Shown: positions 18,175 through 28,348 of the stretch, piece after piece
Position numbering within the stretch: position 1 is the stretch's first letter
How the letters are laid out: every line of letters begins with the position of its first letter
DNA from: a virus
Reading direction: 5' to 3' (one strand)
Virus record (IMG/VR): IMGVR_UViG_3300047284_000228
Coordinates: 1 to 64,000 of that record
DNA: 64,000 nucleotides
Notes under the pieces: model-generated
Database searches by the model: none
Told to the model about the DNA's origin: nothing
Seen by the model: the letters and a program-made list of their open reading frames with translations, nothing else
Translations under genes and position numbers: made by a program

Positions 18175-19799
18175 TGGATTTCTTTTACGATGGGCAGATA
18201 AGACGCTATGTCACACAATTCATGCGTGTGTTCATAGGTTTCAAATACAAGACCGGCGATGATACCCTAAGACACATTCCTGTACTCTACGGAGATCTTA
18301 CCAGGCAGGTCGCTGCTATTATCAAGGAAAATTCCGAGAACAAGATGCCCACTGTACCTAGGATAGCTTGCTATATCTCCGGATTAGAAATGGATAACAC
18401 CAGGCTAGCGGACGCTAGTTTTGTCAGTAAGCTGAATATACGCGAACGAGCATGGAATTCTGTAGACGGTGAAATCCAATATCAAAATGTACAAGGTGGC
18501 GGCTATACCATCGAACGGTTGATGCCCACTCCGTTCAAGCTGAAAATGAAAGCTGATATCTGGACGTCTAACACAGATCAGAAGTTGCAGATAGTTGAAC
18601 AGATACTGATGTTGTTTAATCCTAGCCTAGAAATACAGACCACAGATAATTATATCGACTGGACTAGTCTTAGTGTGCTGAATCTCGTCAGTACTAATTT
18701 CAGTTCTAGAACCATTCCGGTGGGTGCTGAGTCAGACATAGACATCTGTTCTTTAGAATTTGAAATGCCTATCTATATCAGTCCTCCTGCCAAGGTCAAG
18801 AAGTTGGGCGTTGTTCGTAATCTTGTTATGAATGTGTTTTCAGACACAGGCGACGTTCTCGGTCTTGATGATCTAATCTATGACGGTGATAACAGCAATT
18901 CTCAACAGAGATTCGTACAGGGCAATTGGAGGGTATTGTTATTAAAGAGCGCCAACAGCGAACCATCAGACTATGATGTCAGTATCGTTTCGCCGGGAGA
19001 AGTATTATCCGCACTAGGGCTTGATATCCCTGTTAAAGCCGGCGAACGTGTAGATTGGAATGTCGTACTAGATAACTACGGCGGATACATAGCAGGAATC
19101 AGTAAAATTTTCTTCCTACAGGTCGACGGTACTGAAATAGGTGGAACTTTTACAGTACACGAATTAGATCCAACTTACTTGTTGGTCAGTATCACTGACA
19201 TACCATCGAATACTGTGTTGTATAGTTCGATATATCCGTCGGGAAGAACCACAGTTGATGCTATAGTTGATCCTTATAAATTTAATCCTAAGAGACCAAA
19301 TAAAGAATTGACTGATCAACCTATCACAGCAGGTACTAGATACCTAGTATTAGATGATGTCAACAACAGCGAAAATGTAGGCGGACCTGTGGATATCGAT
19401 CCTAACTGGAATTATGACGGCCCAGATGCTTGGAAAAATACCAACGGTTCGGATCCGGTAATACGTGCTAATACGATCATTGAGTGGAACGGCTCTGCTT
19501 GGATCGATCTATTAGCAGTTTGGTCCATGAGTGTGTATCCGTTTTCAAACACCACAAAGTATACTAGTGGCCAGATCATTATCTATGACGGAGTTGCCTA
19601 CAGGGTAAAAAACAATATCGCCGACGGTGAAAACACAGTGATACCTTCAGACAGCGAAAACTTTGAATCCATAACGTTGATATTCCAAAATCTCAAGACT
19701 GGCCTACAGTATCGCTGGAGCAACGAAGGACAGTGGTATAAGAGCTTCGAAGGCGAATACGCTTCAGGTTATTGGAGACTAGACCTCGATCCGCAATAA
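18174..19799 (+). CDS. gp15: Tail sheath stabiliser/terminator (gp15-like) with C-terminal extension
   Basis: FFYDGQIRRY, IPVLYG, PRI, MPTPF, QIVEQILMLFNP motifs. Confidence 0.8.
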   Translation: MDFFYDGQIRRYVTQFMRVFIGFKYKTGDDTLRHIPVLYGDLTRQVAAIIKENSENKMPTVPRIACYISGLEMDNTRLADASFVSKLNIRERAWNSVDGEIQYQNVQGGGYTIERLMPTPFKLKMKADIWTSNTDQKLQIVEQILMLFNPSLEIQTTDNYIDWTSLSVLNLVSTNFSSRTIPVGAESDIDICSLEFEMPIYISPPAKVKKLGVVRNLVMNVFSDTGDVLGLDDLIYDGDNSNSQQRFVQGNWRVLLLKSANSEPSDYDVSIVSPGEVLSALGLDIPVKAGERVDWNVVLDNYGGYIAGISKIFFLQVDGTEIGGTFTVHELDPTYLLVSITDIPSNTVLYSSIYPSGRTTVDAIVDPYKFNPKRPNKELTDQPITAGTRYLVLDDVNNSENVGGPVDIDPNWNYDGPDAWKNTNGSDPVIRANTIIEWNGSAWIDLLAVWSMSVYPFSNTTKYTSGQIIIYDGVAYRVKNNIADGENTVIPSDSENFESITLIFQNLKTGLQYRWSNEGQWYKSFEGEYASGYWRLDLDPQ

Positions 19800-19807
19800 G
19801 TAAAGGT

Positions 19808-20182
19808 ATGCAACAGCGTGCCGGATTACTTTTCTTAGCTAAAAATAGCAGTAGGATTTTCCTAATTTTGGAAGATGAAAAATGGACTGTGCCTACATTC
19901 GCTAGGTCCAGTTCACTGCTAGAAGATGCACAATCTTTACTCTCTAAATACTCTGTAGGTAAGTTATTGCCTATAGAACTGTATCTCAGCGAAGATCGCG
20001 GGTTTGAATACGGTACCTATGTCTGTTTAGTTGAAACAGAGTTTTTTGCCGCGACCGATAAAACTATATGTTGGGCAGACTTAGATTATCTTCCTAGAAA
20101 TCTGCACAGTGGTTTGAAAACCACATTAAATAATCAACTGATAAGAGCGAAATTAGAAACTATTATGGTGCTAGAAAAATGA
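19808..20182 (+). CDS. Degenerate NUDIX-fold-like protein
   Basis: AGLLFLA..RIFLIL...W, YGTYVCLV, W...LP..LH layout but no GX5EX7REUXEE box; start 19808 is 5 nt after TAAGTA. Confidence 0.5.
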   Translation: MQQRAGLLFLAKNSSRIFLILEDEKWTVPTFARSSSLLEDAQSLLSKYSVGKLLPIELYLSEDRGFEYGTYVCLVETEFFAATDKTICWADLDYLPRNLHSGLKTTLNNQLIRAKLETIMVLEK

Positions 20183-20487
20183 TTCCATCCTTAACAACCA
20201 ATCCAAAATATATAGAAGATTACAACAGATATGTCAATGAAATTTCTGCTATTACCGACCAATCGTTAAAAGCAGAGCTATTAAATTTACTAGGACGTCT
20301 CAAAGAGCAGGTCGGACATATTGATAAAAATCATCAACAACTTTTGGTTAGTGGTCGTATTCCTACCGAAATAACAGATATTCGAGCTAACATCATATCG
20401 ATCAAAAAGTCCATGGACTCTAAGATCGATATGTGGAAACGTTCTAAGTTTATCGTTAAGCCTGCGCCTCACCCCAGCGAAGAATGA
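20179..20487 (+). CDS. Hypothetical helical protein
   Basis: 102 aa; ATGA coupling; 3' end overlaps the convergent fibre gene. Confidence 0.65.
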   Translation: MIPSLTTNPKYIEDYNRYVNEISAITDQSLKAELLNLLGRLKEQVGHIDKNHQQLLVSGRIPTEITDIRANIISIKKSMDSKIDMWKRSKFIVKPAPHPSEE

Positions 20488-23400
20488 GCGATCCAGGAGT
20501 TGCAGTTCCTGTAACCTTATAAACATTAATAGCCAAGACGTCTGGTCCGTTCGGGAAAGCACCTCGACCGCCAATGGCAGTGGTTGTTAGTTCTTTGAGT
20601 TCAGTTAAGCTCAAACTTGTAGTGTTTCCTGGATTAGCAACGAATGAGAAAACCTGCTCTCCCGGTAGCGCATATTGCGGATCACCAAATTGGAAAGTCA
20701 CTGTTCCTGCAGCGGTAATAGCAGTATTTGAAGATTGTGTGAACGTTACACGCTGTATAGTAGTAGATCCTAGTCTTCTAGAAGTAACCGCTGCGACCGA
20801 TGTTCCCGCAGGGAACTGGGTATAACTAGTGGCTATTCGAGTACCCACACTTGCTCCGGATGCATTCCACGATGCTGATGTAAAAAACAGATAGTTTGTG
20901 TTAGAGTAAGATGCTGCGGTACTACCTGCTTGGATAGTTACGGTTTGATTAGCACCACTCGAAGAAACGTTATTTCCATTAGTACTCATCACTATCCTAG
21001 TGTAGGCAACACCTGATACTGTTGCGTAACTAGTTGTAAACCCGGTGATAGTTTGTCCGGCTACAATAAAACTTGCCAGCGATAAACTGTCGCCAACTGC
21101 TGCAAAAGCATTATTCCAGTCGGTGTTAGTAACCAAGAAATCGTTTCTAGCTGTACTGATAGCATTAGCATAGCTTGTGCTGATACTGTTAGTTACTACT
21201 ATACTTACATTGGATGCAGCTACAGAAGTGTTATTGCCTACTTGATTCATTACTATTCTAGTAAAGCTACTACCAAGATAACTTCTAGTGATCGAAGTAA
21301 TTGATCTACCAGATCCTATAAAGTTATTCAAGGTGAATGTTCCATCAGCACTTCCGTTCTGTGTAAAAATAGTACCGCCTGCTAATGTAGTGAGCGTAAA
21401 TGTTGTTGAACCGTTTGTAGCCGAAATTCTGTAAGTTGTTGGGCTACTGTAACCAAAAATGCTACCACTACCTGTAGATTTTCCTCCAGTAAGCGTAACG
21501 GTCATTCCTACTGCTAATAGAGTACTATTACATGTAAATTGACCTGTACTACCGCTGACATTAACACTGCTTAGTGTGGTCGCGCTTGACATAGATAGCA
21601 CGTCACCTACCCGTAATGCAGTAGTTGACAGCAGCGTGTCGTAAGAAGAATTTGTTATTACAAAATCTGTTCTGCTTGCACTTACAGCATTGGAATATCC
21701 ACTCAAACCAGAAGGATTAGACACTGCTGAAATTGTATTTGTAACTGTTGAGAACGCTCTCGCAGTGATAGTTGTAGTTAATGCACCCTGGACGGTGGCT
21801 GTGGAAGTGCTTGCTGGGACTCCTCCCCAATTTATAGATCCTCCTAATGCGATTTGTGCGAATGAAGGCTGGCCTCCTGCTGCTGCATTTGACAAACCAC
21901 CCCAAGAAATATTAGTTGGATTAGTAGGGTAATTTTTTGGATTAAGGATACCTTCAATAACGATCGCGCCGGTACCTGTGTCTGCGGTGACTGCGATTTC
22001 GTTCAATAATAACTGCGCCCTGTTAAGCAAGTCTCTTTCTCCAAGGTCGCCGACGAGAGCATTTGAAACACTAGGTGCCAATCGTATCATGAATGCTGTC
22101 TGTTTAGCCAAAGAAATACTTAAACCGGTAGCAGCATAGCTGAAGATATATCCACGATCATTGTCAAACATGCCGTCAGTGAGTAACGCAGAACCCCAGT
22201 GGCTGATCGTAGGAGTAGCGGTACAGCTTACAAGTTGTACACCGGCGTTAACTTCGTGTGCAGAAGCTGCGCCACCTGTAACTGTTCTATTTTGACCCGC
22301 AGTAAATGCATTCATAGCAGCAGATCTAGTACAGTTAGTCAAAGTATTACCACTTTTACCGCTGTAGCTGATCATTTCATTATCGATGTAAACAATACCA
22401 TTTGACGGGAATCTAGATGCATCTGTAAGTGGCAGAGTATTTTGTGTAGAATTAACTGCTGCCGACAATTTACTTACAGCACTACGGTTTTCAACTTCGT
22501 AACGCACAGGCAAGTTAGCTGTACGCATGTATGCTTCTGTGTTTACGTTTGAATTCCTTAGCCTATGCAAGAACACGAATTTACCATCTGCGCCACGCAA
22601 CATCCATTCAATAAAACCAGCAGCATACCATGAATATTGCATGCCTAACATCTGCATGCGCCAAGGTAATACGTTATATCCACTAGGTCCAGTGCCATCT
22701 ATAGGATCTAAATTCCATTCACTTTGAGGAATATATAGATCTTCTGTGATAGCCATCCTAGCTCCAATGATTGAGTTAGCGCCTCTCCAATCAGGTGCCA
22801 TTGTTAAAGAAGTTTGACTAGTAATACCGGTCACTATGTGGCTCATGCCTCGGACTACTATCTTGTCTCCTACCTTTAACTGATCCTGAAAACGAGTTCC
22901 TGTTCCGGTAACTAGATTACTTTCGGTAGTGATAGACACTGTTCCAGTTAATTGATTAGTGCTAGAGCGTTTGACCAGACTCATTTCTTGGCCATCGTAT
23001 TGATAGAACAGACCGTTCTGTTCATCAAAGGCGCCTATTTTCACGGAAGATCCGTGCCAGTGTTTCAATACTACCTTAGCATCAGGTCCTAAAGTTCCGG
23101 TGGTGCTACTCAAAACTACTTGAGATCTTACTTGGAACCGTCTAGCATCTACAATACTTTCTACTGTATAATCTCCATTATATTCAAAGGATGTCATACC
23201 TATGATTTCTATTTCAGCGCCTGCTTGTAGTCCGTGGTCTGTATCATCTGTGGTAAATGTAATAAGACTGTTGACTGTCACTGCCGAAGCGGTTGCCGAT
23301 GCTAGGCCGTAGCTAGGAGCAAACAATCCGCCTGTAGTATACATAATACCCTTACCAGATTGATAACGAACATATTTTTTACTTTGACGTACAGCCTGTG

Positions 23401-26400
23401 CGCCGTGGCTAGGATTGCCTGTTCCTAATTGTACTCCTCCATCAAATGGTCTGTGAGTAAAAAATGCATCGGGTCTAGCATAGATAACCCCAGTAAGACT
23501 TTGATTTGTTACATTGACTGTTCCAGTGGTTCTAGAATAATATCGTATCGATGATGCACTAGGTACTTGTGATATCACGTGAGGTCCAGTGGCCAGTTGA
23601 TGATTTGCTGAAGTTAAAGAAACACTGGCTCCTGTGGCACTATTACCTACTACAGCAAAAATTCCTAGTCCAGAATAATTACCGTAGGCTATTTCTTCCC
23701 AGGTTGAAGACGATGCTAATGTACCGGCTGTCCATGAACCGCTTTCTCCAGTAAATGAATATAGGGCGCTGGTTCCTCCATCTGCTACTACAACAAAATT
23801 ATCATTACCATAGGCAATACTGTTCCAGTTAGCTGAGGAAGGCAATGTAACACTGGTCCATGTGATACCGTTTGTTGATATAGCAGCATTGGTGCTTGCA
23901 CGAGCTACTGCTACGAATCGATTATTACCAAATGTAAGACTCGACCATGTAGTAGATGCTGGTAGAGCTCCGGTGCTGGTCCAGGTTGCACCGTTGTCAG
24001 CTGAGTATGCTGCGGCAGTGCCGCCTGATGCGATTGCAACGAAATATACAGACGTACCAATAAATCCGCCCTCGACATCTGACCATGTTGCCGATGCCGG
24101 CAATGTTGCGGCAGTCCAGGTAGTGCCGTTAGTAGAGTATGCTGCTGCGGTGCCACCGCTGGCCACTGCTACAAAAGTACTATTATAGTAAGCAACGCTA
24201 GCCCATGTCGACGACGACGGTAATGTGGATGCTGTCCAATTTTGGCCGCCATCAGTAGAGTATGCTGCTGCGGTGCCACCACTGGCCACTGCAACAAAAT
24301 AAGTAGTAGCACCTATTGTGCCGGCCGCTACCGATACCCATGTTGTAGAAGAAGGTAAATTACCCCCTGCTGTCCAGGTTTGTCCGTCGATAGACCTAGT
24401 TGTAACGTTAGTTCCTGTCGCTATCGCTACAAATGTTCCTCCAGAAAATGCAACACCTCTCCATGTTAAATTGGCCGATAGTGTCCTAGAAGTTGATGCA
24501 AAATCTGGTGCTGGGTTCGAAGTGATCTGCGTTAAAATAGTCGTACCGGGCAATAGACCATGATTGCTAGGAAAATCAACCTGTATAGTTGGAATAGCGC
24601 CTACATTTAATAATGTGTCTGCGCCTAAACTTCCGGTAATGGCTTCACTGATTGTCAGCGTTGGGTATACAGAAATACTATCGCCATCATACGGTGTGCC
24701 AGTGGCGGTTACAGACATCGATCCTCCACCAACACTCAACACTGTTAATATACAATCGTTTAGGGGACTTGCTCCGTCGAGATCAGTTCCTAATATCCTA
24801 ATGCTATTTCCTGCTTCATAACCGGATCCAGCAGTTGTAGCGATAGCTGTGTAAGCACCTGCGGCTCTAATCACTGAGAAAACAGCGCCTACTCCCACGT
24901 TGGCAATATTTGTAGGAATGACTGGAGAATAAGTAGCATTTCCAGTGGCACCTATAGGACTACCTAAAATCTGATAATCAACGATTACACCCGATGTAAC
25001 TCCGTCAACTTGTATTACTATATCATTGTCCGGACTTACTCCCCCGAGATCAGTACCTGCGAATGTTACTGTATCGCCAGGAGCAAAATTAGATCCTCCG
25101 TTCGAAACGGTGATAGATGAATAAACTCCAGTGCCGCCTACTCTAGTTACATTGATCGCAGCACCGGAACCTAGCGTACTAGTAGTAGAACTTTGAGCGA
25201 CCCCTGTGTAAGAAGCGCCGCCGCTAACGGCAGTTCCTGTAAAATTAAAACTTGTAATGGCACCACCAGAATCGATGTTGCTAATAGTAACAACGATGTC
25301 GTTGGTAGGAGACACTCCTCCTAGATCTGTACCAGCTATCAGTAATCTATCTCCAATAGCGTAATTTTGTCCGTTTAATGTTGAATCTTCTGAATCAGAA
25401 ACAGTATACACACCTGCATTTCTTGACACAGAAAATGTAGCTCCTACACCTATAGGAGAAATGTTAGTGCCTGTGATTCCTGTGTTAGTTGCATCGGCAC
25501 CAATAAGAGTAGATCCTATTGCACCTGTTAAATTAAGAGTAGTTCCCGATAATGAAGTAACAAATAACGCCGAACCACTGCCAGATGACACAGCCATTTG
25601 CTGCTGTATACCAGTCGCATCAACTACGCTAATACTAGTATCTGTGGGCGAGGTAGAATTTTTTATGTTTGTATTAATCGTCGAGGTACCGATAACTCCC
25701 GAAATAGCTGTACCTTGAGCAAATACCGGTGATCCTGTGATAGGAGATCCAGATGTAGGTGCAGTGCCATCGAATGCGATCGTAGTTGATCCGGAAGATG
25801 TTGTAAATTTTGATGTTACTGTTAGACTAGTTCCGTTGCTGAATAAAGAAAACGTAGGCGTGCCTACTGAAGCACCGGTATAGAATCCAGCTTGCCTAAT
25901 TTGTGCAAAGCTGGTGAAAAGACTTTCTCCGTTAGATGTGCCGACTTTAGCAGATGCATAGTAGGTAAAAGACACAGCATTTGGTATACTGTAAATTAAG
26001 AAAGAACCTTCTGCTCTAGCAAATCCGCTGACTGTTGACTGAAGTCCTTTTACTGTAATAGGTTGACCTACGCTAAATCCGTGTGTACCGGTGGTAGTGA
26101 CAGTGATCAACGAAGATCCAAAAAATCCTGTATTTGAGGAAGCATCTGTAGTAATCGCCGAAATACTCAAGTCGGTTCCTGGAATTTCATAGACCGAAGG
26201 GTACATACGAATCAATCCCAGAGCCTGCCACTTAGTAGGTTGTAGTCCGTACTCGAAGTCAGCGTCCAACATGGCCTGGGGTGCGGCAACACGCATACGT
26301 TCAATCGCATCTGTGCCAAATTCCCAAGGGCGAATGGTTTGTACGGAGTCTTCAACAAATATCTGTATATCTGCTGCTGAACTTAATGCTGAAGTATCTT

Positions 26401-27166
26401 CAGATAGATAGATTGTAGTGATCGAATCTGAAGTATGCCACCAACGTGGAAAATCAACATCAGATAATAATTCTCCATTACCACTGCTGCGTCCTTGCTT
26501 GTATTCACAGGTTACTGAGTTATTTGAATCTGCAAAATTATATAAAATATTTCCGTTGCTGGTATCGGTGATTAGCAATAATTCGCTGGGGTCATACTTA
26601 CCGATTATTCTAAATGAACTTACACCAGTCACCTTGGCTGGCATAGCTGATAGACCGTTGGTAATCACAGAGCTAAAAATATTCCACAATGTTGTGTTTC
26701 TCGATGACGCTCCAGTTTCTGCATTCTGGCCAGTGATCTTGACCTGAGAAACTACATTTCCATAAGAAGGTGTAACTGTGGTATTGGTAAAAATAAAATT
26801 GTTAACAAGATCTCTAAGATAAGCGATACCTGTAGTTTCGGGGCTGACGTCTCCTCGAATCTGGGGTTCTCCGTCAATCCAGAAATAATCTGCAGTCTGT
26901 CTACACTTTACATTGCCGCCGTATCTAAGATCGTGTAAAATAGCATCGATATAATAACCTACGTCTCTGGTACACTTTTGAGATGCATATGTGTAACCTA
27001 CGTATGGTGCTACTTCATTAGTGATTTGATTGTTAATAAAGGCAACTACTTGTGCTTGTAAAAACGCCTTATTAGCACTGAGTAGGGTCACTGCATTGGG
27101 ATACAGATTGCTATCTTTACTAATGCCCGGTTCAAATACATATTTTTTTAACTGTTTCTTTGCCAT
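20456..27166 (-). CDS. Giant virion fibre/structural protein with BNR-like repeats (2236 aa)
   Basis: Ser/Thr/Gly-rich; repeated FVAVA..AAYS.DG..W blades; GTDLGG..P.ND repeats; CTRDVG..IDA...D..YGGN motif. Confidence 0.8.
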   Translation of the reverse strand: MAKKQLKKYVFEPGISKDSNLYPNAVTLLSANKAFLQAQVVAFINNQITNEVAPYVGYTYASQKCTRDVGYYIDAILHDLRYGGNVKCRQTADYFWIDGEPQIRGDVSPETTGIAYLRDLVNNFIFTNTTVTPSYGNVVSQVKITGQNAETGASSRNTTLWNIFSSVITNGLSAMPAKVTGVSSFRIIGKYDPSELLLITDTSNGNILYNFADSNNSVTCEYKQGRSSGNGELLSDVDFPRWWHTSDSITTIYLSEDTSALSSAADIQIFVEDSVQTIRPWEFGTDAIERMRVAAPQAMLDADFEYGLQPTKWQALGLIRMYPSVYEIPGTDLSISAITTDASSNTGFFGSSLITVTTTGTHGFSVGQPITVKGLQSTVSGFARAEGSFLIYSIPNAVSFTYYASAKVGTSNGESLFTSFAQIRQAGFYTGASVGTPTFSLFSNGTSLTVTSKFTTSSGSTTIAFDGTAPTSGSPITGSPVFAQGTAISGVIGTSTINTNIKNSTSPTDTSISVVDATGIQQQMAVSSGSGSALFVTSLSGTTLNLTGAIGSTLIGADATNTGITGTNISPIGVGATFSVSRNAGVYTVSDSEDSTLNGQNYAIGDRLLIAGTDLGGVSPTNDIVVTISNIDSGGAITSFNFTGTAVSGGASYTGVAQSSTTSTLGSGAAINVTRVGGTGVYSSITVSNGGSNFAPGDTVTFAGTDLGGVSPDNDIVIQVDGVTSGVIVDYQILGSPIGATGNATYSPVIPTNIANVGVGAVFSVIRAAGAYTAIATTAGSGYEAGNSIRILGTDLDGASPLNDCILTVLSVGGGSMSVTATGTPYDGDSISVYPTLTISEAITGSLGADTLLNVGAIPTIQVDFPSNHGLLPGTTILTQITSNPAPDFASTSRTLSANLTWRGVAFSGGTFVAIATGTNVTTRSIDGQTWTAGGNLPSSTTWVSVAAGTIGATTYFVAVASGGTAAAYSTDGGQNWTASTLPSSSTWASVAYYNSTFVAVASGGTAAAYSTNGTTWTAATLPASATWSDVEGGFIGTSVYFVAIASGGTAAAYSADNGATWTSTGALPASTTWSSLTFGNNRFVAVARASTNAAISTNGITWTSVTLPSSANWNSIAYGNDNFVVVADGGTSALYSFTGESGSWTAGTLASSSTWEEIAYGNYSGLGIFAVVGNSATGASVSLTSANHQLATGPHVISQVPSASSIRYYSRTTGTVNVTNQSLTGVIYARPDAFFTHRPFDGGVQLGTGNPSHGAQAVRQSKKYVRYQSGKGIMYTTGGLFAPSYGLASATASAVTVNSLITFTTDDTDHGLQAGAEIEIIGMTSFEYNGDYTVESIVDARRFQVRSQVVLSSTTGTLGPDAKVVLKHWHGSSVKIGAFDEQNGLFYQYDGQEMSLVKRSSTNQLTGTVSITTESNLVTGTGTRFQDQLKVGDKIVVRGMSHIVTGITSQTSLTMAPDWRGANSIIGARMAITEDLYIPQSEWNLDPIDGTGPSGYNVLPWRMQMLGMQYSWYAAGFIEWMLRGADGKFVFLHRLRNSNVNTEAYMRTANLPVRYEVENRSAVSKLSAAVNSTQNTLPLTDASRFPSNGIVYIDNEMISYSGKSGNTLTNCTRSAAMNAFTAGQNRTVTGGAASAHEVNAGVQLVSCTATPTISHWGSALLTDGMFDNDRGYIFSYAATGLSISLAKQTAFMIRLAPSVSNALVGDLGERDLLNRAQLLLNEIAVTADTGTGAIVIEGILNPKNYPTNPTNISWGGLSNAAAGGQPSFAQIALGGSINWGGVPASTSTATVQGALTTTITARAFSTVTNTISAVSNPSGLSGYSNAVSASRTDFVITNSSYDTLLSTTALRVGDVLSMSSATTLSSVNVSGSTGQFTCNSTLLAVGMTVTLTGGKSTGSGSIFGYSSPTTYRISATNGSTTFTLTTLAGGTIFTQNGSADGTFTLNNFIGSGRSITSITRSYLGSSFTRIVMNQVGNNTSVAASNVSIVVTNSISTSYANAISTARNDFLVTNTDWNNAFAAVGDSLSLASFIVAGQTITGFTTSYATVSGVAYTRIVMSTNGNNVSSSGANQTVTIQAGSTAASYSNTNYLFFTSASWNASGASVGTRIATSYTQFPAGTSVAAVTSRRLGSTTIQRVTFTQSSNTAITAAGTVTFQFGDPQYALPGEQVFSFVANPGNTTSLSLTELKELTTTAIGGRGAFPNGPDVLAINVYKVTGTATPGSLILRWGEAQA
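24131..24299. repeat. Intragenic direct repeat (46 nt, 2 mismatches)
   Basis: 24131-24176 versus 24254-24299, both encoding FVAVASGGTAAAYST. Confidence 0.8.
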
Positions 27167-27176
27167 TTATCTATCC

Positions 27177-27800
27177 TTATGCTCCAAACGCCACTGCAAA
27201 TGCTGTAGCTCTAGAGTCTACGTAATCTTTTCTTGTAGCATGATTGATCGCTGTAGGAGCATTTGCGATCACGATATCTCCTGCAGAAATGTCCGCTGCA
27301 GAAATGTCTGATGCAGAAATGTCTCCCGTAACTGTAAGATCTATAGTTATACTTGCATTTCCCTGTACAGTGAGTTCTCCGGTACTATCGCCTGGACCTA
27401 TATTCACTGATTTGAAATTAGCATCTCTGGGATCTTTTAGTCCTATGTCCATGTTATCTATAGATCCAACTCCGGCTACAGAATTAATTTCAACATGTCC
27501 GTTGACTATACTTACATATGGAGTAGATCCCTGGGCCACTGTAAAATCGCCATCGATTTGAAGATTTTCTAGTGTGCCTAGTTTAGTAAGGCTGCTGTGT
27601 TTGATACCATCACCAAGTGCCACTATAGAATCTGTAGCATCGATAATCAATATTCCGTTAACAGTAAAATCTGGAGCGACATTGAGCTGGCTGTTAAACA
27701 GCACAGCACCGTCTACTACTAGGTCTCCGACTTCGTTGACAGAGAATCCCGGACTTTTAAAGCCGCTTTTTGATTCTAAGGGTATGTAGTTAATTGACAT
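27177..27800 (-). CDS. Tail-fibre-related structural protein
   Basis: SSLTKLGTL and APT...HATRKDYVD fibre motifs; DISA repeats; GGAG SD. Confidence 0.65.
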   Translation of the reverse strand: MSINYIPLESKSGFKSPGFSVNEVGDLVVDGAVLFNSQLNVAPDFTVNGILIIDATDSIVALGDGIKHSSLTKLGTLENLQIDGDFTVAQGSTPYVSIVNGHVEINSVAGVGSIDNMDIGLKDPRDANFKSVNIGPGDSTGELTVQGNASITIDLTVTGDISASDISAADISAGDIVIANAPTAINHATRKDYVDSRATAFAVAFGA

Positions 27801-27866
27801 TTAGATCTCCGCTATTACTCCGCCTACACCTTCTACAAAGACTATGTATTTATGCGGGCTTGATTT

Positions 27867-28304
27867 TTAGTAACTTACGAGATCGTTCAAAGTGTGATAA
27901 TACGTGGCACTAAAGATCAGCTTAGATCCCGTTAAAAGCATGGAATCGTCGTAGGTGCTGTCGCTAGGGCTACTTGCAGGATTAGCGATCAATTGTAGTT
28001 TTGAATCATTTACACTAACTGTTAGATCTACTAATCTTTCATTTAAACTAATTCGTCCATAGATCGTAACGTTGGCCTGGGCAGGCCCTGCAACTACCAT
28101 AGCCTTGATAATCTCTTTTTTGGTATTTCCAACGTCAACGGCAATAGTATATTCTGCAGCCATAAAATCGCCCACGTACCATTCATCTACGACAGTATCC
28201 TGGAATACTGGTATCCACGGTCCTTTATAGGCAAAGTTAACACCGTTTTGAACTCTTAGCGTGTTCTTAACACCCTGAAAGAAGAATTTAGCGAAATTGA
28301 TCAT
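27867..28304 (-). CDS. Hypothetical beta-rich virion protein
   Basis: 145 aa; TAAATA 5 nt upstream; fibre region. Confidence 0.65.
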   Translation of the reverse strand: MINFAKFFFQGVKNTLRVQNGVNFAYKGPWIPVFQDTVVDEWYVGDFMAAEYTIAVDVGNTKKEIIKAMVVAGPAQANVTIYGRISLNERLVDLTVSVNDSKLQLIANPASSPSDSTYDDSMLLTGSKLIFSATYYHTLNDLVSY

Positions 28305-28324
28305 AGTAGTATTTATCAGAAATT

Positions 28325-28348
28325 AAAAAAGCCCTTTCGGGCTTTTTT
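28325..28348. terminator. Bidirectional terminator after the carbamoyltransferase
   Basis: AAAAAAGCCC-TTTC-GGGCTTTTTT (GAAA loop on the minus strand). Confidence 0.85.

Noticed and set aside
23900-24400. Repeated DNA units resembling a CRISPR array
   Set aside because: They are in-frame degenerate coding repeats within the 2236-aa gene.
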